From Octopus sinensis (Eukaryota): a stretch of 64,000 nucleotides of DNA. Location: assembly GCF_006345805.1 (NCBI RefSeq), contig NC_042999.1, positions 55,118,001 to 55,182,000 on the forward strand. The letters run 5' to 3'. Below are positions 1 to 13,827 of this stretch, in pieces (within the stretch, counting starts at the first letter, position 1; every line of letters begins with the position of its first letter). Made by a program: the position numbers and the translations under genes. Under the pieces are notes generated by a model that was not told the DNA's origin, ran no database searches, and saw only the letters and a list, made by a program, of their open reading frames with translations.

Positions 1-497
1 ATATATATATATATAATATATATATATATATTGTTATTGTTGTTGTTTCGCCCTAAGTTCAGTTTTTATTGACCAGACTTATGATCGAAGATGTTTCAGC
101 CGTGACCATCACACCTTTTTTTCCCAGCTGTCCATTCTATCTCAGCATTATCCAATGTGTTGTTTGAACCTTTGAAGACGTCAGACTATGATTTGAGAGA
201 GATCTGGTTGCCATTTCTAGCTCGTCGTGCAGCCACATAGTATATCCCTTTACTAGATTGTTGTTGTTGCTGTTGTTGTCGTTGGCGGCGGCGGTGGTGG
301 TGTCTGAGAAGGTGATGATTGTCGGGGTCGGTCACTTTGATGACTATAGTGGTGGTCACGCTGACGGGTTTTGGCAGGATGATGGCGGGGTGGGTGGTAT
401 TGCTGTAGGGGGAGGGGTTAATGGGGTGGGAGCAGGGCCAATGGTTGTCATACTTCATGAATATGGAGATAGCATCTCAGCGTGTCAAACGTTGGTG

Positions 498-908
498 TGT
501 ACGTACGTATGTATGTACGTACGTATGTATGTATGTATGTATGTATGTATGTATGTATGTATGTATGTATGTATGTATGTATGTATGTACGTAAGTATAT
601 ATGCATGTATGCATGTATGTATGTACGTAAGTATGTATGTATGTATATATGTATGTATGTATGTATGCATGCATGTATGTATGTATGTATGTATGTATGT
701 ATGTATGTATGTATGCATGCATGTATGTATGTATGCATGTATGCATGTATGCATGTATGTATGTATGTATGTATGTATGTATGTATGTATGTATATATGT
801 ATGTATGCATGTATGCATGTATGTATGTATGTATGTATGTATGTATGTATGTATGTATGTATGTACGTACGTGTGTACGTGTGTGCGAGTGTATACGTGT
901 GTATGTGT

Positions 909-947
<39 letters not shown>

Positions 948-948
948 C
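498..948. repeat. Compound (TATG)n/(TG)n microsatellite
   Basis: Direct reading. Source of the YVCM/HTYI pseudo-ORFs. Confidence 0.98.
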
Positions 949-979
949 GAAACATGTTAAAGCCACAGTATATATATAT

Positions 980-1395
980 AGCGAGTTGGCAGAATCGTTA
1001 GCACGCCGGACGAAATGCTTAGTGGTATTTCGTCTGACGTTACGTTCTGAGTTCAAATTCCGCCGAGGTCGACTTTGCCTTTTATCCTTTCGGGGTCGAT
1101 TAAATAAGTACCAGTTAAATCACTTGGGTCGATATAATCGACTTAAACCGTTCGTCTGTCCTTGTTTGTCCCTTCTGTTTTTAGCCCCTTGTGGGTATTA
1201 AAGAAATAAGTATTTCGTCAGCCGCTACATTCTGAGTTCAAATTCCGTCGAGGTCGACTTTCCCTTTCATCCTTTCGGGGTCGATTAAATAAGTACCAGT
1301 TAAATCACTGGGGTCGATATAATCGACTTAATCCGTTAGTCTGTTTTGTTTGTCACTTTTGTGTTTAGCACCTTGTGGGTAGTAAAGAAATAAGT
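980..1395 (+). mobile_element. SINE family B (Nin/Deu-like core), internally dimeric copy
   Basis: Head gcgagttggcagaatcgttagcacgccgg. The core ttctgagttcaaattccgccgaggtcgactttgcctttcatcctttcggggtcgat..aagtaccag occurs twice in tandem. Confidence 0.88.
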
Positions 1396-1510
1396 ATATA
1401 TAGTGTGTTAGCGGAGATTAAAGAACTCACACAAACCAATGTATTATAAATGTAGAAACTAAATATACATATCCACATATATAATATAGAGATGGATAAA
1501 TCCGTGTGTG

Positions 1511-1547
<37 letters not shown>

Positions 1548-1584
1548 CACTCATATGTGTATCTATATATGTATGTATGTATGT

Positions 1585-1938
1585 CTTAAGGCTGGATCAT
1601 GCGCGGGGACATTGAAATAATCGGACTGAATACCCGATCGTGCGGTAAACCATTGGGAGCGTAGGACTCCTAGCCTTTGTTAGGGCATCCTTCTAGGAGA
1701 AGGTAACTCAGGTAACTGGGATAACTCCGATATAAAAACCTGCGGCTCAGTGGTTACCGATGATGTTGACTTGTTCTTCTTTTCGGATTATGGCTGCTGT
1801 TGCTTAGTGAGTGGGATTGACTCAGTGCACAGCCTTTCCCCACTTTAAAAAAAATCTTCTTGCACAGGCATTGCACGATAACAACATTGATTAAGCTTCG
1901 TGCAATGGCCATACTCGATCACGAGGGGGCAGCCACTT
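1585..1938 (+). mobile_element. Non-coding RTE-associated non-autonomous element with (TATG)n tail
   Basis: GC-rich, ends ggccatactcgatcacgagggggcagccact(tatg)n. Shares the block ttagtgagtgggattg..gcctttc..cactttaaaaa with a minus-strand copy at about 35530-36070. Confidence 0.5.
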
Positions 1939-1976
1939 ATGTATGTATGTATGTATGTATGTATGTATGTATGTAT

Positions 1977-2452
1977 GTGTGGAGTGGAGTGAAAGCGTTT
2001 GAAGAGGCCAGGATAATGCATGCAAGATTCAAAAGAGATCTAAGGAAGAATGTTACGATCGAGAAGGTGAATGACAATGACCCTTTTGTGTGCACAGTCT
2101 GTGACAGTCCATGCCTGTCTTTTGCTGGGCTCAAATCTCATTTGCTAAACCATGGAAAAACGAACCTCCACCAACTATTCTACTTATTTATCTGTGCACA
2201 CATTTCAATGCCGTCTATACCATAAGGTCTGCAAATCTAACGGAAGCCTCAAAAGACATTTTGAGACCCACAAAAGTCAGAACTTAACTGAAGCTCTTGG
2301 TGGGCCAAATCAGATATGCAACCTATGTGGGTGTCTTTTCGAAACGTTGTCCGTTTTAAAAACCCACATCAGATGCCATGTGGGATCTAAGGTGTAGGTA
2401 GAAGAGGTAGTCAAACCCTGCATAAAGAGTGGACAACCACGACGTATGTATG
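1977..2452 (+). mobile_element. RTE-like LINE 3' end with C-terminal C2H2 zinc fingers
   Basis: GVKAFEEAR...KRDLRK, then CTVC...GLKSHLLNH, (C)..KVCKSNGSLKRHFETH and CNLC...LKTHIRCH. Frameshifted, ends in a (TATG) tail. Confidence 0.65.
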
Positions 2453-3261
2453 GACGTATTCTGTTATTCTTTTACTTGTTTCAGTCATTTGACTGAAGCC
2501 ATGCTGGAGCACCGCCTTAAAAGTTTTCCGTCGAACAAATCGACTCCAGGACTTATTCTTTGTAAGCCTAGTACTTACTCTATCGATCACTATTGCCGAA
2601 CCGCTAAATTACGGGGACGTAAATATACCAACATCGGTTGTCAAGCGATGTTGGGGGAACACACAAACACACGCACACATACACACGCATAAATGACGGG
2701 CTTCTTTCAGTTTCCGTGTACCAAATCCACTCACAAGGCTTTAGTCAGCCCGAGGCTATAGTAGAAGACAATTGCCCAAGGTGCCACGCAGGGGTGCTGA
2801 ATTTGGAACCATGTGGATAGAAAGCTTGCACCTATATATATATATACTCGTCACAAAAATATATGTATACTGGTAGACACATACACCGTCACACACATAC
2901 TTGTCAGTCTTCGGCCTAACGTAGGTAACGAACGTGCGAACACATTCATATAGAAAATGTGACGTCATTGTCATTGTGGTGGTGATATAAAATGTCGTTT
3001 ACGATAGGTGACTAAAAGAAAAATGATAACGTTAAATTTTTCTAATGCAGATATGTAAATGAAAATATAGCTTAGTTGGTAAACAAAAGCTTATTGAAGG
3101 ACGGAAATCAAAACCACGCGGTTTACAAAATCAGCTTTTTAACCATACAGTCGTCATGCCAGCTCCTGTACGAAAGTTTATGTTCTTTCCCACAATTCTA
3201 TTTCCCAAATTACGATGCCACATCTACCATATCACAAATTGCGGTAATATTATTCCTGCAA

Positions 3262-4295
3262 TAGGCCCAAGACCTGAACATTTGAGTGTGTGTCGGCAGT
3301 CGACTACATCGACTCCGTTTTTTTTTATTCTGAAGGAATTAAAAGCAAAGTTGATCTCGACGGAATTCGATCTCAGAACGTAAAGCCAGTAGAAAGCATA
3401 TTGTCCGATGTTCTAACAATTCTACCAGCGCGCCGCCTTTGAAATTCCGATAACATCCTTTGTATTATAGGCACAAGGCCTGAAATTTTGGGGAAAGGGA
3501 CAAGTCAATTACATCGACCCAAGTACCGGGCTGGTACTTATTTTATCGACCCAGAAAAGATGAAAAGCAAAGGCGACCTAGGTGGAATTTGAACTCATAA
3601 TGTAAAGACGTAAAGACGAAATGACGCAGAGCATTTTGTCTAAGACGCCGAAGATTCTTCCAGCTCGCCGCCTAAATTTCCTAGTACAGTACCGTACTTT
3701 TTTAAGGCGGCGAGCTGGCAGAATCGTTAGGACGCCGGACGAAATGCTTCGTGGTATTTCGTCTGCCGTTACGTTCTGAGTTCAAATTCCGCCGATGTCG
3801 ACTTTGCCTTTCATCCTTTCGGGGTCGATTAAATAAGTACCAGTTAAATCACTGGGGTCGATATAATCGACTTAATCCGTTTGTCTGTCCTTGTTTGTTC
3901 TCTCTGTGTTTAGCCCCTTGTGGGTAGTAAAGAAATAAGTATTTCGTTTGCCGCTACGTTCTGAGTTCAAATTCCGCCGAGGTCGACTTTGCCTTTCATC
4001 CTTTCGGGGTCGATAAATTAAGTACCAGTTGCGTACTGGGGTCGATCTAATCGACTGGCTCCCTCCCCCAAAATTTCGGGCCTTGTGCCTAGAGTAGAAA
4101 AGAATCGTTAGCGCGCTGGGAAAAATGCTTAGCAACACTTCTTTTGACTTTACGTTTTGAGTTCAAATACCGCCGAGGTCGACTTCGCCTTTCATCCTTT
4201 CGGGGTCAATAAAATAAATACCAGTTGAACACTGGGGTCAAAGTAATCGACTTAACTACTCCCGAAAAATTGCTGAGTTGCCAAAATTTCAAATT
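3262..4295. mobile_element. Cluster of SINE family B copies: two reverse (about 3262-3440 and 3468-3673), then a forward multimer (3705-4295)
   Basis: Core motif seen 3 times forward and twice reverse. Confidence 0.88.
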
Positions 4296-4702
4296 AATAT
4301 ACCAGGAAATTAGCCCAAAGGTTATAAGAACCATTTCTATTTCTTGGCCATATTTTTCTTCGCCTGTGCTTCCTGTTTGTCCATTTGTACATTTAATATT
4401 CAGAAATATGAATTATGTAAATTAATATAAATTATGTAAATTAATATAGATTATGTAAATTTAAGAAAATATTTTCTACCAACGTTAAAGCACTGAACTA
4501 AATACGTTGTTGATATCAAATACTTTGCAATATTTAGTTTCATCTGCAACAATCTAATTTCAAATCCCAATGGGTTTAAAAAGGCAATAAAATAAGATTA
4601 TATATAGATGTACACGCACACACACATACACACACACATATGTATATATGTGTATGTATATGTATATATAATGTATCTATCTATCTATCTATCTATCTAC
4701 TA

Positions 4703-4778
<76 letters not shown>

Positions 4779-5304
4779 TTATTTATTTATTAATTCCTTT
4801 TGCAGGAAGGATTGCTCCGGCCGTGTTCTGTCCTTACATTCGAAACACGCATTGAGTCGAACCAGGGACAGTTGATGAAGGGGAATTTTCCTAGTATTGT
4901 TTGCCCTGTACTCTGTTTTTTCGTTGTTTAAAAAATGTCCGTTTCGAAACACGCATTGAGTCGAACCAGGGACAGCTGATGAAGGGGAATTTTCCTAGTA
5001 TTGTTTGCCCTGTACTCTGTATTTTCGTTGTTAAAGGAATGGTCTGTTCCATGCTGTTTTTACGTTTTCGTTTCTCGTTGAGTTCTACGTCTATTTGTGG
5101 TGTCCTATACACACGTATATATATTTATATATGCATGTATATATACATGTAGAAATAGGTACGTACATATATGTTTGTATGTATGCATATATTTTATTTA
5201 TTACACTATTGTATGACTGAGCGCCTTCGCGTCGATTCGATTCGATTCGTTTGGTTTCGTTTGGTTTCTTCTTCTTCTCTAAGCTGGTTTATGTATATAT
5301 ATAT

Positions 5305-5377
<73 letters not shown>

Positions 5378-5929
5378 TATATTGGCCTGCTCGCTTAGCC
5401 AGCGGGGTGGCGTCATTGAAGGCTAAAACAATGCGAAGCGCATGGTGACCAGCGATGTGTAGCAAAACATCTGATGGCCTGGTCGGTCACGTGATCACGT
5501 GATATATATATATATATATATGATATATATACTCATGTATATATACGCGTTTATTTTTATCTCTGTGTGTATGCATGGTGCCATGTAAACTGATGACACA
5601 CGTGTGCTCTTTCGTCAGGACATCTTTATATTTATATTTTCCCTATCTTTCCTTCGTTTTCCACTCCCTATTTATATTCTGCAAAGCAAAAAGATAAATA
5701 AATAAATAAATAAATAAATAAATAGGGACAATATTCGAAACCTCATAATTTACTCTCTCCACTTCTCTGAATGTCAAAATAATTTTGATGGTGAACCAAT
5801 CTTGTTTTCTCTTTTGTATTTTCATTCTCTCTCCTTCTCTCTTCCCCTCCCTCTCTTTGTTAGTACACACACACACACACACCACACACACACACCACAC
5901 ACACACATACACATATAAATATATGTGTT

Positions 5930-5960
<31 letters not shown>

Positions 5961-6392
5961 GCGTGTATGTTTGTGTGTCTGTGTTTGTCCCATCCAGCAT
6001 CGCTTGACAACCGATGCTGGTGTGTTTATGTCCCCGTCACTTCGGCAAAAGAGACCGATAGAATAAGTACTAGGCCAACAAAGAATATGTCCCGGGGTTT
6101 GCTCGATTAAAGGCGGTGCTCCAGCATGGCCGCAGTCAAATGACTGAAACATGTAAAAGAGTAGAGTAAAGAGTATATATATATATATATATTATTTATT
6201 TATGTGTGTGTGTGTAAAGGTATGTGGCTTAGTGGTTAGGGCATTCGGCTCATGATCGTAAGGTCGTGAGTTCAATTCCCGTTGACGTGTCTGTGGGATG
6301 CTCAACCCCTTGCACGTTAATTTCACGAGCTGGCTGTTCTGCTGTGATCACATCAGCCGGAACCCTCGTCGTCGTAACTGACGGAGTGCTCC

Positions 6393-6455
<63 letters not shown>

Positions 6456-6456
6456 T

Positions 6457-6489
<33 letters not shown>

Positions 6490-7175
6490 ATGCAAAACAG
6501 GGTCTACAAACATCCAGACGGCGATACAAAGAAAACAAGGACAGTCATTCGAGTTTTCTTTCCTCAATCGAGTTCCAGATTATCTTTGCAACTCGTTTTT
6601 CCAGCGTTCATCACTTCACATCGTCTTGACTTAACAGCCCTCACCGTTTGTTTGTACTGTTTTGTTCTCTCTGTCCTGTTTTTGCTACCGCTTTAACCCT
6701 CCGCAAATCCCAAGTTTTATTTAATCTGCTTTGCGGGAACGACTGTTTTAACGAAGTCGCGTCTTATCCCTACCTTCGAAACGCGGAGTAGATAAAGCAG
6801 GCGACAACTGATGAAGGGGAATGTTCTTTATGTTGCCTGTCTCGTTTCTCTGTTTGTTTGTTTCCTTCGTTGTTCGAAAAATGTTCGTTTTCTATATTGT
6901 TCGTTTTTAATTTTCTCGTTTCTTATTTTGCCTACGTTTTTTATGTCCTGTACCCATATATGCATGTATATATACATATATATGTAGGTATGTACATATA
7001 TGTATGTATATATGCAACCTGCATGGGTTGTTGAGTATCGCTGTTTGGGAGATTTTCTTATGGTAGTGAAATAGTTAGTCTTAACTGCTATTTCTAAATT
7101 TCGGTATGTGGCAAAATTATAATTATAATTATACTCATAATTATAAAATTTCTGTATATATATATTTTCATGTAT

Positions 7176-7600
<425 letters not shown>

Positions 7601-7879
7601 CCTGAAATTTTGGAGGAAGGGGCCTAGTCGATTACATCGACCCTAGTGTTTCACTGATACTTAGTTCATCGACTCCGAAAGGATGAAAAGCAAAGTCGAC
7701 CTCGGCGGAATTTTGAACTCAGAATGTAACGACGGGCAAAATACCGCTAAGCATTTCGTCCAGCGTGTTAACAATTCTGTCAGTTGGCTGCCAATTTATA
7801 CATAAACACTGAAACAAATGTTCGTTTCGACTGAGTACTTAGTCAAATAAACGACTTGTTACTATTTCCGAGGGAGATT

Positions 7880-8250
7880 TCCCACTAGATTTTCACGGAA
7901 GTCTCTCAAAGCCGTCTTACTCAATGAACCACGTGCGTGATGGACACATAGCATTTAAATATTCGGTGATGATATTTTGCAAACAACTTGCACATGCAAG
8001 TGCTACCAGTTGAGAACTCCGCATACCGGAAGCCAGCAAATGTATGGGGTCATCAGGAGAGAATGTATGCCGTTTCGGGGCCTACCTCTCGACGGCATCA
8101 ATACACGCCAACCCCGTTCACTGATATGCGCCCCGCTTGCTAGATCAACTGGTTATCAAATACAGCTCAATATTCTTCTAGCCATCGCTCATCGTCTCTT
8201 TTTAACCAAATCCAGTGGCTAGCCTTCTCCACTGTAGTTTGGATATTGGA
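7880..8250 (-). mobile_element. Hero/NeSL-like non-LTR element 3' end
   Basis: NIQTTVEKASHWIWLKRDDERWLEEY-stop resembles the EKASxWLWxKR C-terminus of Hero-clade elements, followed by a GC-richer 3' UTR. Confidence 0.55.
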
Positions 8251-8726
8251 CATGGTGGTATTTATTTTACGATGAGTTAGACTTAACGATAACAACCGTC
8301 GTCTCACATTATGTAGTAATACCAACGACGAAAAGCAACAGCGATCTGCATATTCACGTTCGAATCTGTCAGAATGTATTGAGAATGATCAGATACATTA
8401 TTATTGAGACTTCGTACAAGTTTCTCAATATTTTTTTTTTCACATCCATAAAAAACCGCTACTTTTAAACGATTTCATTTCCTCAGGAAATATGAACTGG
8501 TTTATTTTTCTTTATAAATGTTACACGTTTTGCAGTAGTTTTGTAACTAGAATACTTAATTAAAATTTTATTTTATCGAGTAAAACTGCAGGATCGGCAG
8601 TAGTTTTACCCGAGAGGAAATTTCCAACCAGAAAATATACTCGTTTTCAACACATGCACACACACACACACATACACACACACCACACACACACACACAC
8701 CACCACACACACACACACACACAACC

Positions 8727-8813
<87 letters not shown>

Positions 8814-9276
8814 GCACGCACGCACGCACACAGAGTGAATCTAGTTTTTGTTATTCTAAACTGATATAACATAGGTTTGTTGTTTACTGTACCTGACTGG
8901 CACTCAGTTGGCCCTCCCTACCGGTCAGTCATTTAAGTACCAGCACGGCAAGACATTTCCTCTCTTTCAATGATCGGTTGGCGGAGGACGTGTTAACAGC
9001 GCCAATCGCCTGTATCCATTTTATGTACACGTTCTATGAAAATATACAGCACACCAGTTTCTACATTCACGCACGCACACGAACCATACATATCAGCAGC
9101 CACACACATTATTCAAACACACACACACACTCATGGTACTTATCACAAAATATTGCAAATACAAGGACAAAAACGCATTTACACATATTATAGTTAAATA
9201 CGTGAGTGCTCATCGTGTGTGCGTGCACATGTAATATATATAATATATATATACTATATATATATGATATATTATA

Positions 9277-9314
<38 letters not shown>

Positions 9315-9483
9315 TATTATATATATTATATATTATATAGAGGTACTATTATTCATAGGTACCGCACGCTATATAACTAAATAAGTATTTTCAAGTTGAA
9401 AAAATTTACAGATTTTTTCTCTTACGAAGTTTTTCACGCTAACTACTTGATAATTTCTTATAAAGATTTTATCCTATTTTTAA

Positions 9484-9535
<52 letters not shown>

Positions 9536-9620
9536 ATATACTATATAGGATAAATTTTTTTCGGGAAAAAAATTTTATCAATGGCCAGCAAAAAAATACC
9601 TTTAAGGTTAAATTTATAAA

Positions 9621-9807
9621 TAATTTACAAGATAAGGGCAAAAGAAAAATTCTAATGCCAAATATGCTGAAAAAAGATACAAAACTTTTCAATAACCATT
9701 ATAATTTAATTTATAATTTATAATTTATAATTATAATGGTTATTGAAAAGTTTTGTCTTTTTTCGGCATATTTGGCATTAGAAGTCTTCTTTTTGCCCTT
9801 ATCTTGT

Positions 9808-9813
<6 letters not shown>
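9621..9813. repeat. Inverted repeat with about 85-bp arms and about 25-nt spacer, between (TA)n tracts
   Basis: 9621-9705 is the reverse complement of 9730-9813 with few mismatches. Confidence 0.9.
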
Positions 9814-9884
<71 letters not shown>

Positions 9885-10564
9885 AACATATATATATATA
9901 ATATATATAATATATATAATATATATATATAAATATATTATATATATTATATATAGGTGTGTGTGTTTGCGTGTGTGTGTGTGTGTGTGCGCGTGTGTGT
10001 GCGTGTGTATACACGCATGCATGTATGCATATGTATATGTTTAAGTATATATATAGGCGCAGGAGTGGCTGTGTGGCGAGTAGCTTGCTTCCAAATCACA
10101 TGTCCCGGGTTCAGTCTCACTGCGTGGCCCCTTGGGCAAGGTCTTCTACTATAGCCTCGGACCGACCAAAGCCTTGTGTTGATTGGTACGCTTGAGTTCG
10201 ATGCAGTTTTTTGGTTTCTTATTAGAACCATCCACCTCTTCTAGAAAAATACTATAGATAAAAATAAACAAATAAATATACACTATATATAATATATAAT
10301 AGTAGATCTAGCATATAGACATTATATGTACAATATACATATAGATTTATATATATAATATATATATATATATATCTATATATATATATACATATTATCA
10401 GACAAAACACTATTTTGCTAGATATCATACATAATTTAATATAATAGTAAAATAAATCGTTTCATCGACAATCTTCTATTTAAATCAAATAAAATATAAT
10501 ATAACTAATAATTTAGTATAATATATAAGTATATAATCCATATAACCTATATATACCACACACA

Positions 10565-10621
<57 letters not shown>

Positions 10622-10652
10622 CATATATCTAATATATGTTATATATAATATA

Positions 10653-10691
<39 letters not shown>

Positions 10692-11328
10692 GCATATAAG
10701 GGTACAGGACAAAAAACGTCAACAAAATGAGAAACGTAACATAAAAGCAAAAAAATTAGAAAACGAACTTTTTTCGAACAACGAAAGAAACAAACAGGGA
10801 AACAACCGGTGAGGGCCATTAAACTAAGACGGTGTGAAGTGGTGAACGCTGAGAAAACGAGCTTTGAGACGAGACAGGCAAAAACACGTCTTGTCTTTAG
10901 GAATGAAGTGGAAGAAAGAAAGATGGACAATCGTTGATCACGTGTGAGGAAGAAGGAGAGGAAGAGTGGAGAGAGGGAACAGTGAAGGGGAGAGGAGAAG
11001 AATATGGAAAGGGTGGGAGAGAAAAACAGAAAGGAAAAAAATCAAGAGAGGAAGATACATAGAAAGAGTCGAGAGAGATACATACATACATACATGCGTG
11101 CATTCATATATGATTATGTTAGTAAACATCTAAGACACAAACCTGGAGAATCTTGGATTTTCAAGCAAAGAAAGAGATCGACTAATACGGGCTTTACAGA
11201 TACGATATATAAGTCGAAGAGTAAAAATATTCAAGACTTTTTGAAAGTTCGATCTATAACAATTATCGTCGTTGTTATCCAAACTTCAGTGATAGAGCTG
11301 TTATTGCTTTGTTAGAAATCAGATTCTA

Positions 11329-11331
<3 letters not shown>

Positions 11332-11366
<35 letters not shown>

Positions 11367-11411
11367 CAGCAGCAGGTGGAGTAGTAGTAGTAGTAGTAGC
11401 AGCAGCAGGTG

Positions 11412-11455
<44 letters not shown>
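11332..11455. repeat. (GTA)n microsatellite with a duplicated gcagcagcaggtgga interruption
   Basis: Direct reading. Confidence 0.95.
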
Positions 11456-12131
11456 TGGGGTAGGGCATGCGCTGTAACATCGCGTCACTGCATCGACCAT
11501 TTGCTGGTGATTTCCAACTCCTGGCCAATGACACCTTTGCACTACACAGGTGACAACTCGCCAACCTACGGGTCCTTTTTCGGGTAGTCGATGTTGGTGA
11601 GGGTTTTACGAGGTCACAGTGCAACCACATTTAGTCGCCTTTTACGACACGCAAAGGAAACTTGGGGGCCAGTTTTTTTTTTTTTGGCATGTCGATCCCC
11701 ACACAAGACGCTAAATAAACAGAATTCTTTTATTGGTTTCAGTCATTTGTCAGCGGCCATGCTAGTGCACTGCCTTTAGTCGAACGAATCGACCCCAGGA
11801 CTTATTCTTACTAAGCCTGGTGCTTATTCTACCGGTTTGTTTTGTCGAACTACTAGATTACAGGGACGTAAACACACCAATATCGGTTGTCAAACGATGG
11901 TGGGGTGGCAAACACAGACACAAACATATGCATACATACATACATACATACATACATACATACATACATACATACATACATACATACATACATACATACA
12001 TACATACAGTGGCCCAGCAACAAAATTTGCTAACGAGGTGCAAACCCAGCTACTAATTTTTTTTATGAAAACTGTGGATTTTTCCAATGTTAACATTAAA
12101 ACAAATGCAGGTATAATAATAATTTTTATTA

Positions 12132-12625
12132 TTATGAGGGTCGGCTGAAATGTTCAAAATCTGAGCAAGACACTCTCAATGGAATGTGACCAAATGAAGT
12201 TCATTTTCTAACATAGTTCCTCTTACTGTCCACACACTTCCATTAGTAGTTGCAGTGCTTGGGTCTTACTGGTGAAGAAGCTTTTTGTTGATCAAAATGG
12301 TCATCAACAACAGATAAGATGTTCTCATCTTATCTGATGCTCAGCTGAGTGTTTTTCTATGTTGGGAAACAGATGATAACCAGAAGGAACCAAATCACTA
12401 ACATAGGGAGGATGATCAACCAGTTCAAAGCCAGTCACATACAGCAGCCATTGAAACCAAGGACTTGTGTGCTGAAGCATTGTCCTAATGAAACAAGACC
12501 CCATTCATCAGTTTTTCCGGGTGTTTGGTCTTGATAGCTTTTCATAACTGCCTTAGGAAGTTGGTATTGAAATTTTCCATTGATGGTGTGATCATTTTGA
12601 AGATAGCCAATAAACACACTATTTT
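12132..12625 (-). mobile_element. Degenerate mariner 3' fragment (different subfamily)
   Basis: Minus-strand remnants VFIGYLQNDHTING and SFFT..QALQ..W.CVDSKRNYV resemble a mariner transposase C-terminus. End ATGAGGGTCGGCTGAAATGTTC resembles a mariner TIR. Confidence 0.65.
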
Positions 12626-13067
12626 TTTGCATTAATGCATATTATATATAATAATGTGAAGTATATTTTGCATATTAAAATGTTTAATTTTGGAAATGTA
12701 TCAAGCAGATCTAAAATAAGCAGTAAAAATACAAATTGCAAGTATTTCAAAATGTGGGACACTGCATGACAAAAACTAACCAAAAAAAAAAAAGGAAGAA
12801 AATAGTGGTGCTTGTGTTTCAAAGGTACAATGAGAAGGCTCAGGAGAAGGATAGAAAGATGGGGTAGAGGGAAGGAAGTTAGAAGGAAAGAAAAGAATGA
12901 AAAGTGAAGGACCAGAACACGTGTGTTTGAAAAACTGAACAACGAAGGCACTTGCACAAAAATACAATGCGTACGAACACGTTTTTCCAAAAGGTTTGTG
13001 ACATTCTATTCTCGAATGTTTTTAAATAGTTAATAAATTATAATTAAAAAACCACTTACAAACACAC

Positions 13068-13134
<67 letters not shown>

Positions 13135-13752
13135 TGTTTTTTAATGGTTGAACTCGAAGTAGACTAACTATAAATAATAGGGTGTAAATATAGAGTTAAA
13201 AATCGTTTGGATAAAGAAAGTCGGAGGCCAATAAATTGTTGGCTGGTTGGCTGGTTGGTTGGTTGGCTGGCTGGCTGGTTGGTTGGTTGGTTGGCTGGCT
13301 GGTTGGTCGGCTAATTTCTCCATTCACGCTTTGCATCATATAGAGAAAGGAGGAGAGAGAGTGCAGAGAGGAGGAGAAAGGAGGAGCATGAGTGCACATT
13401 CTAGGCTTGGTGGCCGGCAATGAGTAAAAGAACGCTACTCACATATAAAAAGAAAAAGAGAATCACCAGAAAAAGAACCACAGAAACAGAGGAGAGGGAA
13501 GAGGAAGTAGAGGAGGAATAAATGACAGAGGACTTGTGGGAAGGGTTATATAAATGAGAAATACGATATATTTATTTAATTTTAATTTGAAGATAATAAA
13601 TATTTATCTTTCGAAAATATATTTATTCATTTCATCATTTTGTATAAGAACCAAGAAATTTGATAGAAGTTAAATTATTGTATGCATGCCATATATTACC
13701 TATGGTGCCAAAAGGTACCCGTGGTATTCTTATTACCTGACAGAAAGAGATG

Positions 13753-13827
<75 letters not shown>

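Noticed and set aside
258-1201. Long ORFs (up to 247 aa) rich in YVCM/HTYI/IY, and similar ORFs at 7094, 29149, 43753, 57508 and 58144
   Set aside because: These are translations of stop-free microsatellites, not proteins.
2429-2820. Recurrent short ORFs such as DGLLSVSVYQIHSQ..EDTCPRCHAVGLNPEPCGW and RRASFSFRLPNPLTR
   Set aside because: These are translations of SINE family A, seen in many copies and frames.
4839-5032. Direct repeats that might suggest a CRISPR array (also the 20-bp triplet at 4411-4460)
   Set aside because: Only 2-3 contiguous units, no unique spacers, eukaryotic context and no cas genes.
6222-6290. tRNA-like A/B boxes here and at 46211-46265
   Set aside because: No acceptor stem or poly-T terminator. 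They run into SINE bodies, so they are SINE heads and not tRNA genes.
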